The notes below the pieces were generated by a model. It was given only the letters and a program-made list of their open reading frames with translations. It was not told the DNA's origin and made no database searches. Positions 47,301 to 60,916 of a DNA stretch of 64,000 nucleotides are shown here, one piece after another. Position numbers and translations under genes: made by a program. Source of the DNA: Piromyces finnis finn (Eukaryota > Fungi > Neocallimastigomycota); the NCBI GenBank assembly GCA_002104945.1, contig MCFH01000033.1, positions 1-64,000 of the forward strand, read 5' to 3'. Positions within the stretch are counted from its first letter, which is position 1. Every line of letters begins with the position of its first letter.

Positions 47301-49262
47301 ATTAATTATAATAATTAAAATCGTTATAAATAATTTGATTTTTTTTTTTCACAATTATATTTTAATTATTAAAATATGAATATAAATATTAAACATCGTA
47401 AATATCTTTCAATTTTAATTATAAATATTAGCTTAATAAAAAAAATAATATAAAATAAGAAAAAAACATTATTAAATATATTCAATATAAATGTAAATAT
47501 TAATGTTATTGACAGAAATTTAAAAAAAATTCAAATGAAAAAATAAAGAATTATAATAAAAAAGGTTAAATATTTATCAAGAATAAATAAATGTTTATTT
47601 AAATTGGTTATTATTTATTTTATAATTTTTATTTTTTTTTGCTACACTTTGAAGCTTTTGTTTTATGTCGATAAACTAATCTATTCTATTTATTAATGTT
47701 TTTTTTTTCTGTAGCAACACTATTTAATTTTTCATTTTTAATTTATTTTTAGGATAATATTCTTTAATATTTTAAGTAAAAACAAAATAAAAAAAAATGT
47801 AATAATGCCTTTGTTTATATAAATGTATAAAATCTATAATTATTCCAAATATAGGTTTAATTTTAAAATTTAATCTTTTTTTCAATATAATAACACTTTT
47901 CTCAAGTTGCCACCTGTTACTTTCTACTTAAAGCAAAAAGCAGTAATCACAAAGGGATCTTCTACAACAGGAAGAGGTCCGAAAGTAGGTCACTCATTGA
48001 TTATATCAATATTTAAATTTTAACTTTTTTTTTTTTTTAAAGAATTCTAATGATCATTTTATTATTTCTTTTTTCTCAAATTTCTATTTCTATTCACACC
48101 CATTGATTGTTAACATAAAAATGGTAATACTTTTAACTTTTTCATTGAGTTACAGCATTCATCATTAATTCAGAACCTTTTCTATTATTAGTATTGTTAA
48201 AAAAATTCTAATATTTAAAGTTTTTATATATTTTTTTGTCATAATCAATTATGAAATTCTAAGTAAATGCTTTTTATTATTTCAACATTAATATATACTT
48301 TTTAAAATATATTAAATTTTTTTAAAAATTTAATTTCTTAACATTAAAAGAAAAATCTTTTTTTTCTAAGAATACTAATTTATAAATATAGAAAATTGAT
48401 TTTATAATAAATATAAAAATAAAAATAAAGAGAGAATTTAAAAAATGCATAAAAATATTTATTAAATGAGTTAGATTTTATTAATAAATAAGTATATATT
48501 TATATCATGCATCTTTTATCTTTTTTATTAATTATGTAATGTTTAAAAAAAAATAAAAAAATTTTTTAAAATGATCCTGTGGCTAAATATTATTTTTATA
48601 TAATTGATCATGTGTTATTTATGTAATATTTAATTATTCTAAGATTCTTAATTAAATTTCAAAAGTAAATTAATTTACTTTTATTTGACAAATAAATTAT
48701 TTTGTGTAACAAATGTTTGATACAATCTAATTTTGTATATAAATTAATATCAACTTTATTTTTTTTTGAAAATAAATCATGATTTTTCTTTTTTTCTTTT
48801 TTTTTTTTTATAATATTATTATAAGTACTTGTTTTTTTTTTATTTTACAGTAATTATTTTTATTATGGATATAGTAACTAATGGAATAATAATAATTGTT
48901 CTTTTTGTTAATAATATAATAAATCTACATCAAATAAAATAGAAAAAAATAAAAGTTATAATAAAATAAAACTAATAATAAATAAACGAATAAAATAAAT
49001 AAAAAAAATAAAGTTATTAATTATTTATTAAAAAATAAAAAATTTTAATTAATTATTAAAAATATTAATAATTTAAGTTTTGTTATCATAAAAATTAAAT
49101 TTAAAGTCCAGAACAATTTAGGGAAATATAATAAAAAAAAAAGTATAAATAAAGGAAGTTTGGAAATTTTTTTAAATTCAAAAAAAAAAAAATTTAATAT
49201 TAATAACAAATAATTAAATAAAACAAAAACAAATTTTTTAAAAAAAATTTATAAAATAAAAA

Positions 49263-49940
49263 ATGAAATTATCATCAAAGATTTTATTAGTTGCTGCTGC
49301 TGTTGCTGAATGCGCAGTCATGGCTCAAACCCCAGGATGTGCTATAGCCTTACAAAAGTTCGAACAATCTTCTGAAGGTAAAACATTAAAAACTTGTTTA
49401 AATAAAGCCCAAGCTAATGATATTAGTGCATGTAAAATGCCTGAATGTCTTAGTTTACCAAAAATCCCTTCTTTTGAAAAAGAATGTAGTTCAATGGAAG
49501 ATCAAGGTATTGTTGAATTCCTTAAAAGTACTTTTGAAGAAATCAACAGAATAACAAACAAAGTTTGTAAGGGAGAACAAAATACTTTACCTTATTATGA
49601 ATCTAGTTCAAGTGAAAATAAGCCAGCCACTCAAGTTAATGCTACTAAACCAACTCCAGTTCAAGCTCCAGTTCAAGCTCCAGTTCAAGCTCCAGTCCAA
49701 GCTCCAGCTACTCAAGCTTCAAGTGGATCATCTACTACTGATAATTCTGCTAACCAAGCTAGTCCAGTTGCTGATAACGCTCAACCAATTGCTAACAACA
49801 ACAGTATTAATGCTGGAAATAGCACCATCATTGCTCCATTACAAAATAGTAACAATGGAGATGTTAAATCTTCTGCTAGTACTTTAACTTACTCAGCTAT
49901 GACTGCTTTTGCCTTAGCTGCTCTTAACTTTTTATTATAA
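49263..49940 (+). CDS. Secreted, probably GPI-anchored protein (small Cys domain, APVQ repeats, Ser/Ala/Asn linker)
   Basis: N-terminal signal peptide; C-terminal SSA omega-like site plus hydrophobic tail SAMTAFALAALNFLL. Confidence 0.85.
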   Translation: MKLSSKILLVAAAVAECAVMAQTPGCAIALQKFEQSSEGKTLKTCLNKAQANDISACKMPECLSLPKIPSFEKECSSMEDQGIVEFLKSTFEEINRITNKVCKGEQNTLPYYESSSSENKPATQVNATKPTPVQAPVQAPVQAPVQAPATQASSGSSTTDNSANQASPVADNAQPIANNNSINAGNSTIIAPLQNSNNGDVKSSASTLTYSAMTAFALAALNFLL

Positions 49941-50527
49941 ATGATTAATTATAATAATTAAAATCTTTATAAATAATTTGATTTTTTAAAAAAAATAGAA
50001 AAGGAATAATCCTTTTCTTTTTTTACCAATAAATTATTTATAAAATTGTAGAAAAAACAAGTTTTTTTTCTTATAATCATATTTTAGTTAATAAAATATG
50101 AATATAAATATTAAATATCGTAAATGATTTTCAATTTTAATTTTAAATATTCGCATATCAAAATAGAAAAAAAATAATATAAAATATAAAAGAAGCATTA
50201 TTAAATATATTCAATATAAATGTATAAATGTAAATATTAATGCTGTAAAAAATCTATTGGTAAAAATTTAAAAAAAAAAATACAATAAAACAATAAAGAA
50301 TTATTAAAAAAAAAAAAAGTTCCATATTTTTTAAGGAATGTTAAATATTATTTGAATTGGTTATTTTTATAAAAAAAATGTTTTATTTTTAATGCTTATC
50401 ATTCATTCCTATTATTATTATGATTATTCAAATTTTATTGATATATATAAAGCATTTAATATTTATAAATAGCTGATTATAAAATATGTACTTCATAGTT
50501 TTGTTTACCCATTCTTTGTAGAAAAGT

Positions 50528-51079
50528 TTGAAATGTTTAGATCTCATGAGTCTTACTTTCCCCTACTTTTATGTTATGAGACTTAAGGAGGTTAACAATA
50601 GTAATTGTAACAATAGTAGTAGTAACAATAATAATAATAACAATAATAGTAGTAGAAATAATAATATTAGTAATGATAGCAATAGTGAAGATAATAATTC
50701 TAATTTAGATAGTAATTTAGTTAATAATAGTAATAGTTCTAATAATCCGGTGAATATTAATGTGTATGATTATTCTAGTGTGTGTAGTAAAATATTTAAA
50801 TTCCTTCTTGGGGGAAGAAGTTTTAACAATATCGATTACAAATCAAGGGAATGGAAAGAACTTTGCAAGTGTCAGATTCAATATGACACTAACGAAGGAA
50901 CACCATTCTTGACGGTAACCGCGGAACTTCTAACCAAAATCATGCCTTTTGCTATTGGCCAGCAATGGTCAATGTTCAAAAGGTTTGAAGCAACATCCAA
51001 GAGCGTCAATGCTGAAGAAACAGTAAGACAGGCCAGGAGGACCAGCACAACCAATGGAGATCATAATTTTGTTCCATGA
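50528..51079 (+). other. Orphan ORF with poly-Asn tract and higher-GC 3' half; possibly a gene or TE relic
   Basis: 183-aa ORF with TTG start and no motif I recognise. Confidence 0.25.
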
Positions 51080-51612
51080 CAAAATTTTGATCTTTGGCTT
51101 GGTGTTCCATTGAAAGTCAAATACAATCATTATACTTTAGTATAATAGTGACTTTCTTACTTTAATTAAAATTACTAGAATACATTATACCTAATTTTTA
51201 TTCATTTGTGTTTTAAACATATTTTTTTTATTTTTATTTTTATTTTTAATTTTTTATATTACATGTATTATAATTTTAATTAAATTAATAAGAAAGTTTA
51301 AAATATTTGATGCCGTTAAAAAAAAAAAAAAAAAAACTTAAGGAGGTCTATTTTAAAACTAACCATATTAGTTGTTCACCTATGTTTTTTTTTATTAATT
51401 AAATATTCATTTCATTTCGTTGACCTTCTTTTTATTAAAAAAAAATTTTATAAAAAAAAATAATTATTTATTTACATTATTTATTTATTTATTTTATATA
51501 AATTTATTTATTTAATAATATTTCATATTTTTTTTAACCTTTTTTAATTTTGTTATTTTATTTAATTAAATGAATATATATTTTAAATATTATATTTTAT
51601 ATAATGTATTAG

Positions 51613-52950
51613 GATGGAAATAATAATGATGATCAAAACTCAATATCTCAAGAACTTCTTATTGATAAAGAATTAAATATATCGGATCTTCAAACAATAA
51701 ATGTTGAAGAATTAGCACCGAAATTAAAGGGTTTGAAAGTTGATAATATTGGTATGGAAATTTCAAAATTATCTCAATTAATATCAAATGCAAGGAATTT
51801 ACGAAAATTTGAACTTTCATATCTTAATTATATAAAATTTAATGAATTAATAAAAGAAATAGTAAATTTAAAAAATTTACAAGATTTAGTTATTTTTAAT
51901 TCAAAATATAAAGCATATGAACTATGTAGTATATTTGATAAAATGACAGAATTACCAAAAAAACTAGGAAATTTAATTAATTTAAAAAAATTGGATCTAT
52001 CTTGGAATAGAAAAACAAAATTTCCAAAAGAAATGAGAAATTTAATTAATTTAAAAAAAAATTGCATCTATCTTTTAATAAAATTGAAGAATTACCAAAA
52101 GAAATAGGGAATTTGTTAAATTTACAAATATTGGATCTATCTTGGAATGAATTAACAGAATTACCAAAAGAAATAGGAAATTTAATATATTTACTAGTAT
52201 TGGGTTTATTTAATAATCAAATAATAGAATTACCAAAAGAAATAGGAGATTTAATAAATTAACAAGATTTATATTTTAGTGATAATAAAATAATTGAACT
52301 GCCAAAAGAAATTGAAAATTTAATAAATATAAAAAATTTATACCTTAGTGATAATCAAATAATTGAATTTCCAAAAGAAATAAGAAATTTAATAAATTTA
52401 GAAGAAATTAAATTAGATCCTCAATATTCTATCAAATATTACTATAATTATTCTAAATGCAGTGAATCGTTATTATTAAATAATAAAAATATTAAATGAT
52501 ATCATTAATGAAGATTTTGAAGCTTTGAAATATTTGAAAATTCTTGATTTAAGGTAATAATCAAATAACGGAAATTCCTCCGCTAATTTCCAAATTAAAA
52601 AACATAAGAAAATTAGATTTTCATAATAATCCATTACAAACTTTACCAAAAACATTATGGACTATGTCATTATTAGAAGAAATGATTGTAGATTATAATT
52701 TAATTCCTATTATTTTAAAAGAAACAAAATCTATTTTAAAAGCAATAGGATTACAACCCTTTTTTTTTTGAAGATGAAACTCATAATTGTGGTTTGATGA
52801 TACAAACAATTTTAAATTTTATCACTTTTTCAAAACATACATTATCAAATGATGAATTGATTAAAAATATTATTAGTTTAAATAAAATATGGAAAATTAT
52901 CGTTATAAATGGAAATACGAAAGAAGATGATGAATTTATTTTATATTTAT
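51613..52950 (+). pseudogene. Leucine-rich-repeat protein pseudogene
   Basis: Repeated LPKEIGNLxNLxxLDLSxN units; frameshift at the A-run near 52050-52061, TAA at 52260, and further stops downstream. Confidence 0.8.
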
Positions 52951-53656
52951 AATTAAAAAATTAAATAGTATAATATTAAAAATAAAAAAATATTAATATG
53001 AATGTATTATGACATTCTTTTTTTTTTTTTTTTTTTTTTTTTTTGCTTTTGTTTATCCTTTTTCAAATTATTTTTATTCGTCTATTTTGTGTAGTATTAA
53101 AATCCATAATTAAATTGTTTTTGAAACAAATTCTTTTATTAATAAATGAATAAAAAAAATAAATAAATTAATTAATAAATATAAATGAATGAAAAATTAT
53201 TCAAAGAAAGAAGTAATAACAATATATTTAGACTATATATACGGCATAAAACTATTAAGAATTTTCAATATTAAAAATATATAACAGGATGGTACAGAAC
53301 TAAATGAATATCTAATCCTAGAATGATATTAAGCCATTCAAACTAAAAAACTTCAAAATAATATAAACTTTATTTATTTTATATATATATATAAAACAGT
53401 TTTATTAAGAATGACATTGTAAGTTACTAAGCTTCTAGTGTAAAGTAAAATACATATTTCATGTATTTGTAATTTATATGTTTAAATTATGATTTTTATA
53501 CATTTAATTTATTACATTATGATTCAATATATTTGACACTTTTATATTCTAACACTTATTTTATAATAATAAAATAAAATTAAAATTAAAAAAAAATTTA
53601 CATTTTACAATTATTTTATTCTTCTGTACCTTCTTGAATATATGGTTCAAATTGTT

Positions 53657-54106
53657 TTACAGGCATGACATAGCTGGATTATCATAAACTATAGTGTTTA
53701 ATGGAATATTTTTTGTAACGACACTACCAGCACCATCAACAACATTATCACCAATAGTAACTCCCGGTACAATGATAATAGAAGCACTAAAGAAACATTT
53801 ATTACCAATACGAATAGACTTAGTAATATCAAAACGAGATTCTTTTCTTTGCTTATATTTAGTTGGATGAGAATAGTGGTTCAGCATCTCTTTTTTCCAT
53901 CTCGTCCTTTTTAATATTTTCCATATTTTCTTCAAAATATTTTCTGTATCAGTTTTCCTTTTGGGTAATCTGTTAAAATGGAAGCATTTTCAACTTTACT
54001 TAAAGCCTTTTTCTTTTCTTCTTCGTTAATATCTTTAATTTTGGAATTAATAAAGCCTTTTCTTAAAATCTTTTTAATTAAAATTTCCTTGAAATTTCCA
54101 AATGCC
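53657..54106 (-). pseudogene. Degenerate maltose/galactoside O-acetyltransferase (hexapeptide LbH) fragment
   Basis: IRIGNKCFF..IVPGVTIGDNVVDGAGSVVTKNIP..IVYDNPA; upstream part is broken by stops. Confidence 0.75.
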
Positions 54107-54256
54107 ATTTTTTATTATTTTATTTTTTATTTGATTTTATTTTATTAATAATTTTTTATTATTATTTAATTTAAATTTTTTTTTTTTTATATTTAAAAAA
54201 AAATATTAGCTTGGAAATTCCACCACCACTTTTAGAATAAACTATTCATAATTGAA

Positions 54257-54372
<116 letters not shown>

Positions 54373-54748
54373 TGTTATATTTAAATGTTTATTTTATTAT
54401 AACAAGATAACTCTTTATAATTATTTTATTATAATCTTTATTATTATTATTTATTTATTTATTTGTTTCAAATTTTAACTAAAAGTTTTATGGAATAAAA
54501 AAAATAGGATTATTAAACATATCTTTTTAAACCTTTTTATTTTTTGAAAAGAAAAAAGATAATTTTTATTATTTTAAAAAATTTTATTTTATATTTTTTT
54601 TTTTTATTATTTTTATATTTTATATTGCTTTATTATTTTAATATTTATTATTTTTTTTTTTTTAGAGATTAAGATAAATATTGGAATAAATGAAAATAAA
54701 ATAAAAAATAATTAAAAAAAAATTAAAATGACCTTTTTATTAATTTAA

Positions 54749-55480
54749 TTATTCACTATCACTTCCACTTTCACTTTCTTCACTATCACTTTTATTTTTG
54801 TCACTTTTTTTTTTACCATTTTTACGATTATCCTCTTCTCCAGAATTCTCGGAATCTGAAGATTCTTCCTCATGAACTTTTTTATGAGAGAGACAGGATT
54901 TCAAATTTTTATATATTGGATTATTACAATCAAGATTTTGACATTCGGTAGCCTTTTCATTTTCTGGATTAGTGCAATCTATGATTTGACATTGGGAAAA
55001 ATTACGGAATATTGGATTTTTACAATCAAGAATTTTACATGGAGCAATGTCTTTAAACATTGGATTTTTACAATCAATTTGACATTGTGGAAGATTTTGA
55101 TTAGCAGTGAGAACACAATCCACTTGACATTGAGGTAGACCATAATTAGTAGCAATACTACAATTAACTTCGGTGGATGAGTTAGAAGAGGATAATAAAT
55201 TGGAAGAAGAAGTCGATGGATTCCAATTTCCTAAATTCCATCTCCAATTCCAACCATTATTATTATTATTGTTATTATTATTATTATTATTATTATTTGA
55301 ATTCCAACCCCAATTAGCATTATTAACACTGGGATTTGTGTTCCAGTTATTATTACTATTATTGTTGTTATTGTTGTTATTGTTATTATTCCAATTAGAA
55401 TTAGGTAATTCAATTGGTTTATTGCAAGTGAATCTGGCCAACATACCAACTAAAATGAAATTTATATATCTTTGATTCAT
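54749..55480 (-). CDS. Secreted Cys-repeat protein, paralog A (6 DC-x10-C units)
   Basis: Signal peptide, Asn/Trp low-complexity region, Cys repeats, charged tail. Confidence 0.85.
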   Translation of the reverse strand: MNQRYINFILVGMLARFTCNKPIELPNSNWNNNNNNNNNNNSNNNWNTNPSVNNANWGWNSNNNNNNNNNNNNNNGWNWRWNLGNWNPSTSSSNLLSSSNSSTEVNCSIATNYGLPQCQVDCVLTANQNLPQCQIDCKNPMFKDIAPCKILDCKNPIFRNFSQCQIIDCTNPENEKATECQNLDCNNPIYKNLKSCLSHKKVHEEESSDSENSGEEDNRKNGKKKSDKNKSDSEESESGSDSE

Positions 55481-56616
55481 TTTTTTTTAAAATATAAATA
55501 TATAAGAATTAAAAATTATTAAATAATTAATGATTCTAAATGTATTATTAATATTAATAGTAGAAAAAAAAAAGATAAAAAATGGTTTATATATATATAT
55601 ATATAAGAAAAATGTTTTTCTATTATTATTATTTGAAATAATTGTCCTTTTATTAATAATAATGTATAAAATATATATATAAATAGATTGCATTAATAAT
55701 ATTTAATATAAATTTAAAAAAAAAAAAAAAAAACTTCAATAATTTTATATAATGAATAAAGTTAACAAGTCATAATCAAATTATTCAAATTTGAAAAAAA
55801 AAATAATTGCAATTATATAAATTTTAATTATAATTATTTGTAAATATTTTTAAATTCAAATTAAGTAACAAGTTATTTTTATTTTTATTATTTTATTTTT
55901 TTTTAAAAAAAAAAAGTTGTAAAATATATTAAAATGAAGTTTACAGAATTTCAAAAGTTTTTTTTTTTTTTTTTAATTGGGAAAAAGTTAATATTTTAAA
56001 TAAAAAAATATATGTAATATAATTTACATCCATAATATTGACTTTTTTTATTTTATATAGAAAAAAAAAGGTTTTATAAATTATATATATAAAAATATAG
56101 ATCTAATATCAAATTATAATATTCATAATATTATTATTTCTTTTAAGGCATATTATTAAAACCAATCTTGATTATCCTTAATTATAAATTAAAATTATAA
56201 TATTTAATATATAAATTTATATAAATTACCTATTACTATTTTAAAAACTCTTTTTATACAATTCATTTTCATTATTCTTTTTTTTTCATTTTGTTTTTTA
56301 CTATTTTAATTTAAATTTAAATTAACGTTAATTATTAAATAAGAATTGAACTTTTTTCTTTTTGAGTAATTTTAAATTGCATTTTAACATTCTATCTATA
56401 GATAAAAAGGAAAAGTAAAACAAAAATATTTTATTATATTTAATTAAAAAAAAAAAAATTAAAATTTTATAACAAACAATTTTAATTATTTAAAAAGGAT
56501 AAAAAATATAAATATATATAGATTTTCTTTTTTATTTTTTTTTCATTTATTTATATAGTATAAATTATATAATAGTACTGAAAAAAAATATTTTTTTTAA
56601 AAAAAAAGAGGTTAAA

Positions 56617-57429
56617 ATGAATAAAAAATTAATAAATTGTATTTTAATTGGTATGATGGCCAGTGAAGCTGTATGTGCTCCATGTATTGGTTTAGGTTTA
56701 GGTTTAGGATATGCTGCTACTAAAATAAGTCAAAGTAAAAACAATAATAATAACTATAATAATAATAATAATAGTAATTGGGGATGGAATAATATTTTCA
56801 ACTGGGGATGGAACAACAATAACAACAATAATAATTATAACAATAACAACAATAATTATAATAATAACAATAATAATTATCCATCAGGTCCTGGAAATAA
56901 TAATGGAGTAATTGATTGTAACAAATATGAAAATTTTGGACTCTCTCAATGTCAAGTTGATTGTACCATTTCTTCTAACCAAAACTACCCTCAATGCCAA
57001 ATAGATTGTACCCTATCTATGTATCAAAATCTTCCACAATGTCAAACCTTGAACTGTCAAAGCTCCATTTTCCGTAATGTTCCCCAATGTCAACCACCGA
57101 TAGATTGTAGTAATCCTGCAAATCTTGATCATCCAAATTGTATTGTTGATTGTAGTATTGCCGGAAATCAAGGACTTCCTCAATGTAAAATTGATTGTAA
57201 TTTAACACTTTACCAAGGTTTAACACAATGTCAAACCTTGAATTGTCAAAGTTCCATTTTCCGTAATGTTCCCCAATGTAAAAATAATAAAGACAATGAA
57301 AATAGTAAGGATGATGATGGCTCTGGTTCTGAACTTGATACTACAGACAACGAAAAAGACGATGCCATTTCGGTAAATGAAGATATTGAAAGTGGTAATG
57401 AAAGTGAAAAAGATGATGATGATAAATAA
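56617..57429 (+). CDS. Secreted Cys-repeat protein, paralog B (8 units)
   Basis: Same architecture as A and C. Confidence 0.85.
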   Translation: MNKKLINCILIGMMASEAVCAPCIGLGLGLGYAATKISQSKNNNNNYNNNNNSNWGWNNIFNWGWNNNNNNNNYNNNNNNYNNNNNNYPSGPGNNNGVIDCNKYENFGLSQCQVDCTISSNQNYPQCQIDCTLSMYQNLPQCQTLNCQSSIFRNVPQCQPPIDCSNPANLDHPNCIVDCSIAGNQGLPQCKIDCNLTLYQGLTQCQTLNCQSSIFRNVPQCKNNKDNENSKDDDGSGSELDTTDNEKDDAISVNEDIESGNESEKDDDDK

Positions 57430-58104
57430 AAAATATTATATGTAGAATCAATGATATCTGTATCCTCTATGTATTCCTTTTAATTAATTATTTATTTTTT
57501 AAAATTATATTAACCACACTATACATGTAATAATAATATAAAAAATAAAAAATAAAAATATAAATTGATACCTATTAAAATTTAAATATTTTTTTTAATA
57601 ATTTACATGATTTTTTTTTTTATTTTATTCATTTTTAAATTTTATTAAAAATAATTATTAATAGTGAGGTGCTATCACAAACTAGTTTACCAAAAATAAC
57701 GGATTGAAATGATTCTTTTTATATTTATATATATATATAAATTTAAACTTTAAAAAAAAATACTATATAAAAAAAGCTATAGTATAGAATATAATATAAC
57801 GATTTAATCAAATAGTTTTTTTTTCTTTAATAAAACATTATTTTAATAGTTATTAACTTATAGAAAATCATAATAATAATATTTTTTATTTTAAAGCAAG
57901 CGTTTTAATAAAATATTTATATTTTATTTAAAATTACTTTATTTATTATAAACATTCAAACTAAATTTTAAAATAAATATATAAATCTTTAATAGATTTT
58001 TTACGATATTATTAATAAAAAAATTTTATTAAAAGAATTATATTATAAATAATGAAAAAAAAAAAGTTTCAACCTCTGATTATCTATCCATTATTATTAT
58101 TTTT

Positions 58105-58974
58105 TTATTTTTCATCAGCACTATCTTCAACTTCATCATTACTGGAAGTACCGGCTTCTTGGACATTATCATTATCATTTTCATCTGCTGATTCAGCATC
58201 TTCTGATTCTTCTATTTTATCCTTTGAAATACATTTTGGATGACTACGGAAGACTGTACTTTGGCAATTTACATTTTGACATTGAGGAAGGTTTTGATAA
58301 AAGGCAAGAGTACAATCAATTTGACATTGAACAAAATTTTGATTACTTGGATTGGTACAATCGACTTGACATTCCTTACGTCCAAAGTTTGAAAAGTTAT
58401 TACAATCAATGTAAAGACATTGGGAGAAATTTTGGAAAATTGGATTATTACAATCTATGGTTTGACATTGAGGAAGATTTTTAAAAGTTTTACTGGTACA
58501 ATCAATTTGACATATTGGAAGGGATTGATTATTTGGATTAGTACAATCAACTTGACATTCGGAAAGTCCAAAATTAGATGATTTATTACAATCCACTGGT
58601 TGACACTGAGAATAGTTTTTAAAAATAGGATTATTGCAATCAAAATTTTTACAAATTGGAACAGCTTGATAGGAAGGAAGAGTACAATCAATTTGACAAA
58701 TTGGAAGACTTTGATTTGAAGCTATTGTACAATCAACTTGACATTCTTGACGAGAAAAGTTTGATGATTTTTTACAATCAATTGTATTACCACCAAAAGA
58801 AGGATACCAATTCCATCCCCAATTATTATTATTATTATTATTGGCTATATTGTTGGCTATATTTTTAGAATATTTAGTCGCAGCATATCCTAAACCTAAA
58901 CCAATACAAGGAGCATTATAAACTTCTCTGGTTAACATACCTATTAAAATGAAAGTAATGTATCTTGGATTCAT
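58105..58974 (-). CDS. Secreted Cys-repeat protein, paralog C (12 units)
   Basis: Same architecture as A and B. Confidence 0.85.
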   Translation of the reverse strand: MNPRYITFILIGMLTREVYNAPCIGLGLGYAATKYSKNIANNIANNNNNNNWGWNWYPSFGGNTIDCKKSSNFSRQECQVDCTIASNQSLPICQIDCTLPSYQAVPICKNFDCNNPIFKNYSQCQPVDCNKSSNFGLSECQVDCTNPNNQSLPICQIDCTSKTFKNLPQCQTIDCNNPIFQNFSQCLYIDCNNFSNFGRKECQVDCTNPSNQNFVQCQIDCTLAFYQNLPQCQNVNCQSTVFRSHPKCISKDKIEESEDAESADENDNDNVQEAGTSSNDEVEDSADEK

Positions 58975-59810
58975 TTTTTTTTTCCTTTATAAAAAATTAA
59001 ATTTTTAATAATAATAAAAAGAAAAAAAATTCTTTTTATAAATATATATATATATTTATTTCTTTATTTATTTTAATGAATGATTGTCTATTTTTTTTAT
59101 TATTATTAATATATTATTTCATTAGTATTATTTATTTATTAATTGCATTTTTTTTCTTTTTGTGTAAAAAAAATAAATAAATAATAATATTATAGTTTTA
59201 TACTTTATAAATTATATTTATTAATAATATTACTAATTCATGGAAAATTAACGATTTAATAACCATTAAACTTTTAAAAAACATATTAAATTTTTTATAA
59301 TGCAAAGTTCATTTTAAATAAATTTCATTTACATTAAAGATAGAGAATAAAAATAGAAATTAGGAATTAAACGTTTTTTTTTTTACTTTTCCAAAAAGCT
59401 GACTGTATATCTAATTAAAACACTTTAAACAACTATTTTTATATAAAATACAATTTTAATATAATAATAATCTTTTTAAACTAAATATAAATAATACTTT
59501 TTTTTTCCTATTTATTATACCAATTCTTATATTCAAATGTTATACAAAAAAAAAAAAAAAAACATATAATTATCAACCATCTTTTTTTTTATCATAGTAT
59601 AATCTTTCTATATCAAGTTATTGTAATCAAGTAGAAAAAATAAAAAAAAAAAAAAAAAGAAACTTTTTTGATTATAAAACTTTAAAAAATTACAAAGTCC
59701 TTTTTTTATTATTATACTGTATAACATGAACTGTAACTTTTTTTTTTCTTTTTTTAAAAAAAACAAACACTATTAACATTTCAAAATAAAAGTATTGGCA
59801 ATAAAATCAT

Positions 59811-59931
<121 letters not shown>

Positions 59932-60409
59932 TATTTATTTATTTTATTTATTTTATTTATTTATATATTTATTTTATTTTATTTATTTTATTTTATTTTT
60001 GTCCTTCTTAATAAAGAATGATGCTATTAGTTTATCATTTATTTATTCAAATAGAGAATATTTTGTTCGTTTGTTTGTTTGTTTATATATATATATATAT
60101 ATTCTTTAATATCTTTATAATTTTATTATGATAATTAAAGAATTTTTTTAAACTTTTTAACATGTATATTTTTTTTTCTTTATTAATAACAATTTTCTTT
60201 TTTTATATATAAAAAATTGTTATTATATTTTATTATTATTTTTTTTTTCTGTTAAATCATTATAAAAAATTATAATTAACCAAAAAAAAAAGAAATCATT
60301 TTTTTACTTTTTTTTTTTGTTAATTACAATTTATAATTTATTTTATTTTTGTTATTGTGGTGGTTGAAATTTTTATTATTATTTCTTTTCTTTTTTTAGT
60401 GTATATTGC

Positions 60410-60916
60410 TTAGTTCATCTTTTTCATACGACCATTGGTAATGAATAAAGATAATTTACAATTATCATTAGTTTTAAGAACAAAACGTTTAACATTTAAT
60501 GTAATATCATTAACTTTGCCATTTTTATCCTTTGTATATTCAATAATATATTCATTTTTTTCATTATCAGAGTCATAAACATCAGCTTTTTTAAATGTTG
60601 TAGTTGAAGAAAGAGTACAATTATTTTTAACTTTAACTGAAAATATAATTTCATATTTTTTTTTATTATCTGTTAAATCACAATAAATTTTCTTTTCAGA
60701 AGTATTGTATCTACAATTTTTAAGTGGAATATCATCAAGAAGTTCACCATCATAGGAATCTTTTACAACTGTACTAGCATATAAAGTACTACGATAACCG
60801 TCCTCTGTATTAACATATTTTGGGAACTTTATTTCAGTAGATACAGGGGCACTATGAACCATTATTGAACACGATAATAAGAAAACTAAAACAACGCAAA
60901 GATTAATAAGCTTCAT
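60410..60916 (-). CDS. Small secreted protein, unknown function
   Basis: 168 aa; signal peptide MKLINLCVVLVFLLSCSIMVHS/AP; four Cys in the mature part. Confidence 0.75.
   Translation of the reverse strand: MKLINLCVVLVFLLSCSIMVHSAPVSTEIKFPKYVNTEDGYRSTLYASTVVKDSYDGELLDDIPLKNCRYNTSEKKIYCDLTDNKKKYEIIFSVKVKNNCTLSSTTTFKKADVYDSDNEKNEYIIEYTKDKNGKVNDITLNVKRFVLKTNDNCKLSLFITNGRMKKMN

Noticed and set aside
47900-48000. GC-richer patch with GTCCGAAAG, possible ribozyme or exon
   Set aside because: No hammerhead core; the best frame (minus strand) contains a stop and no recognisable motif.
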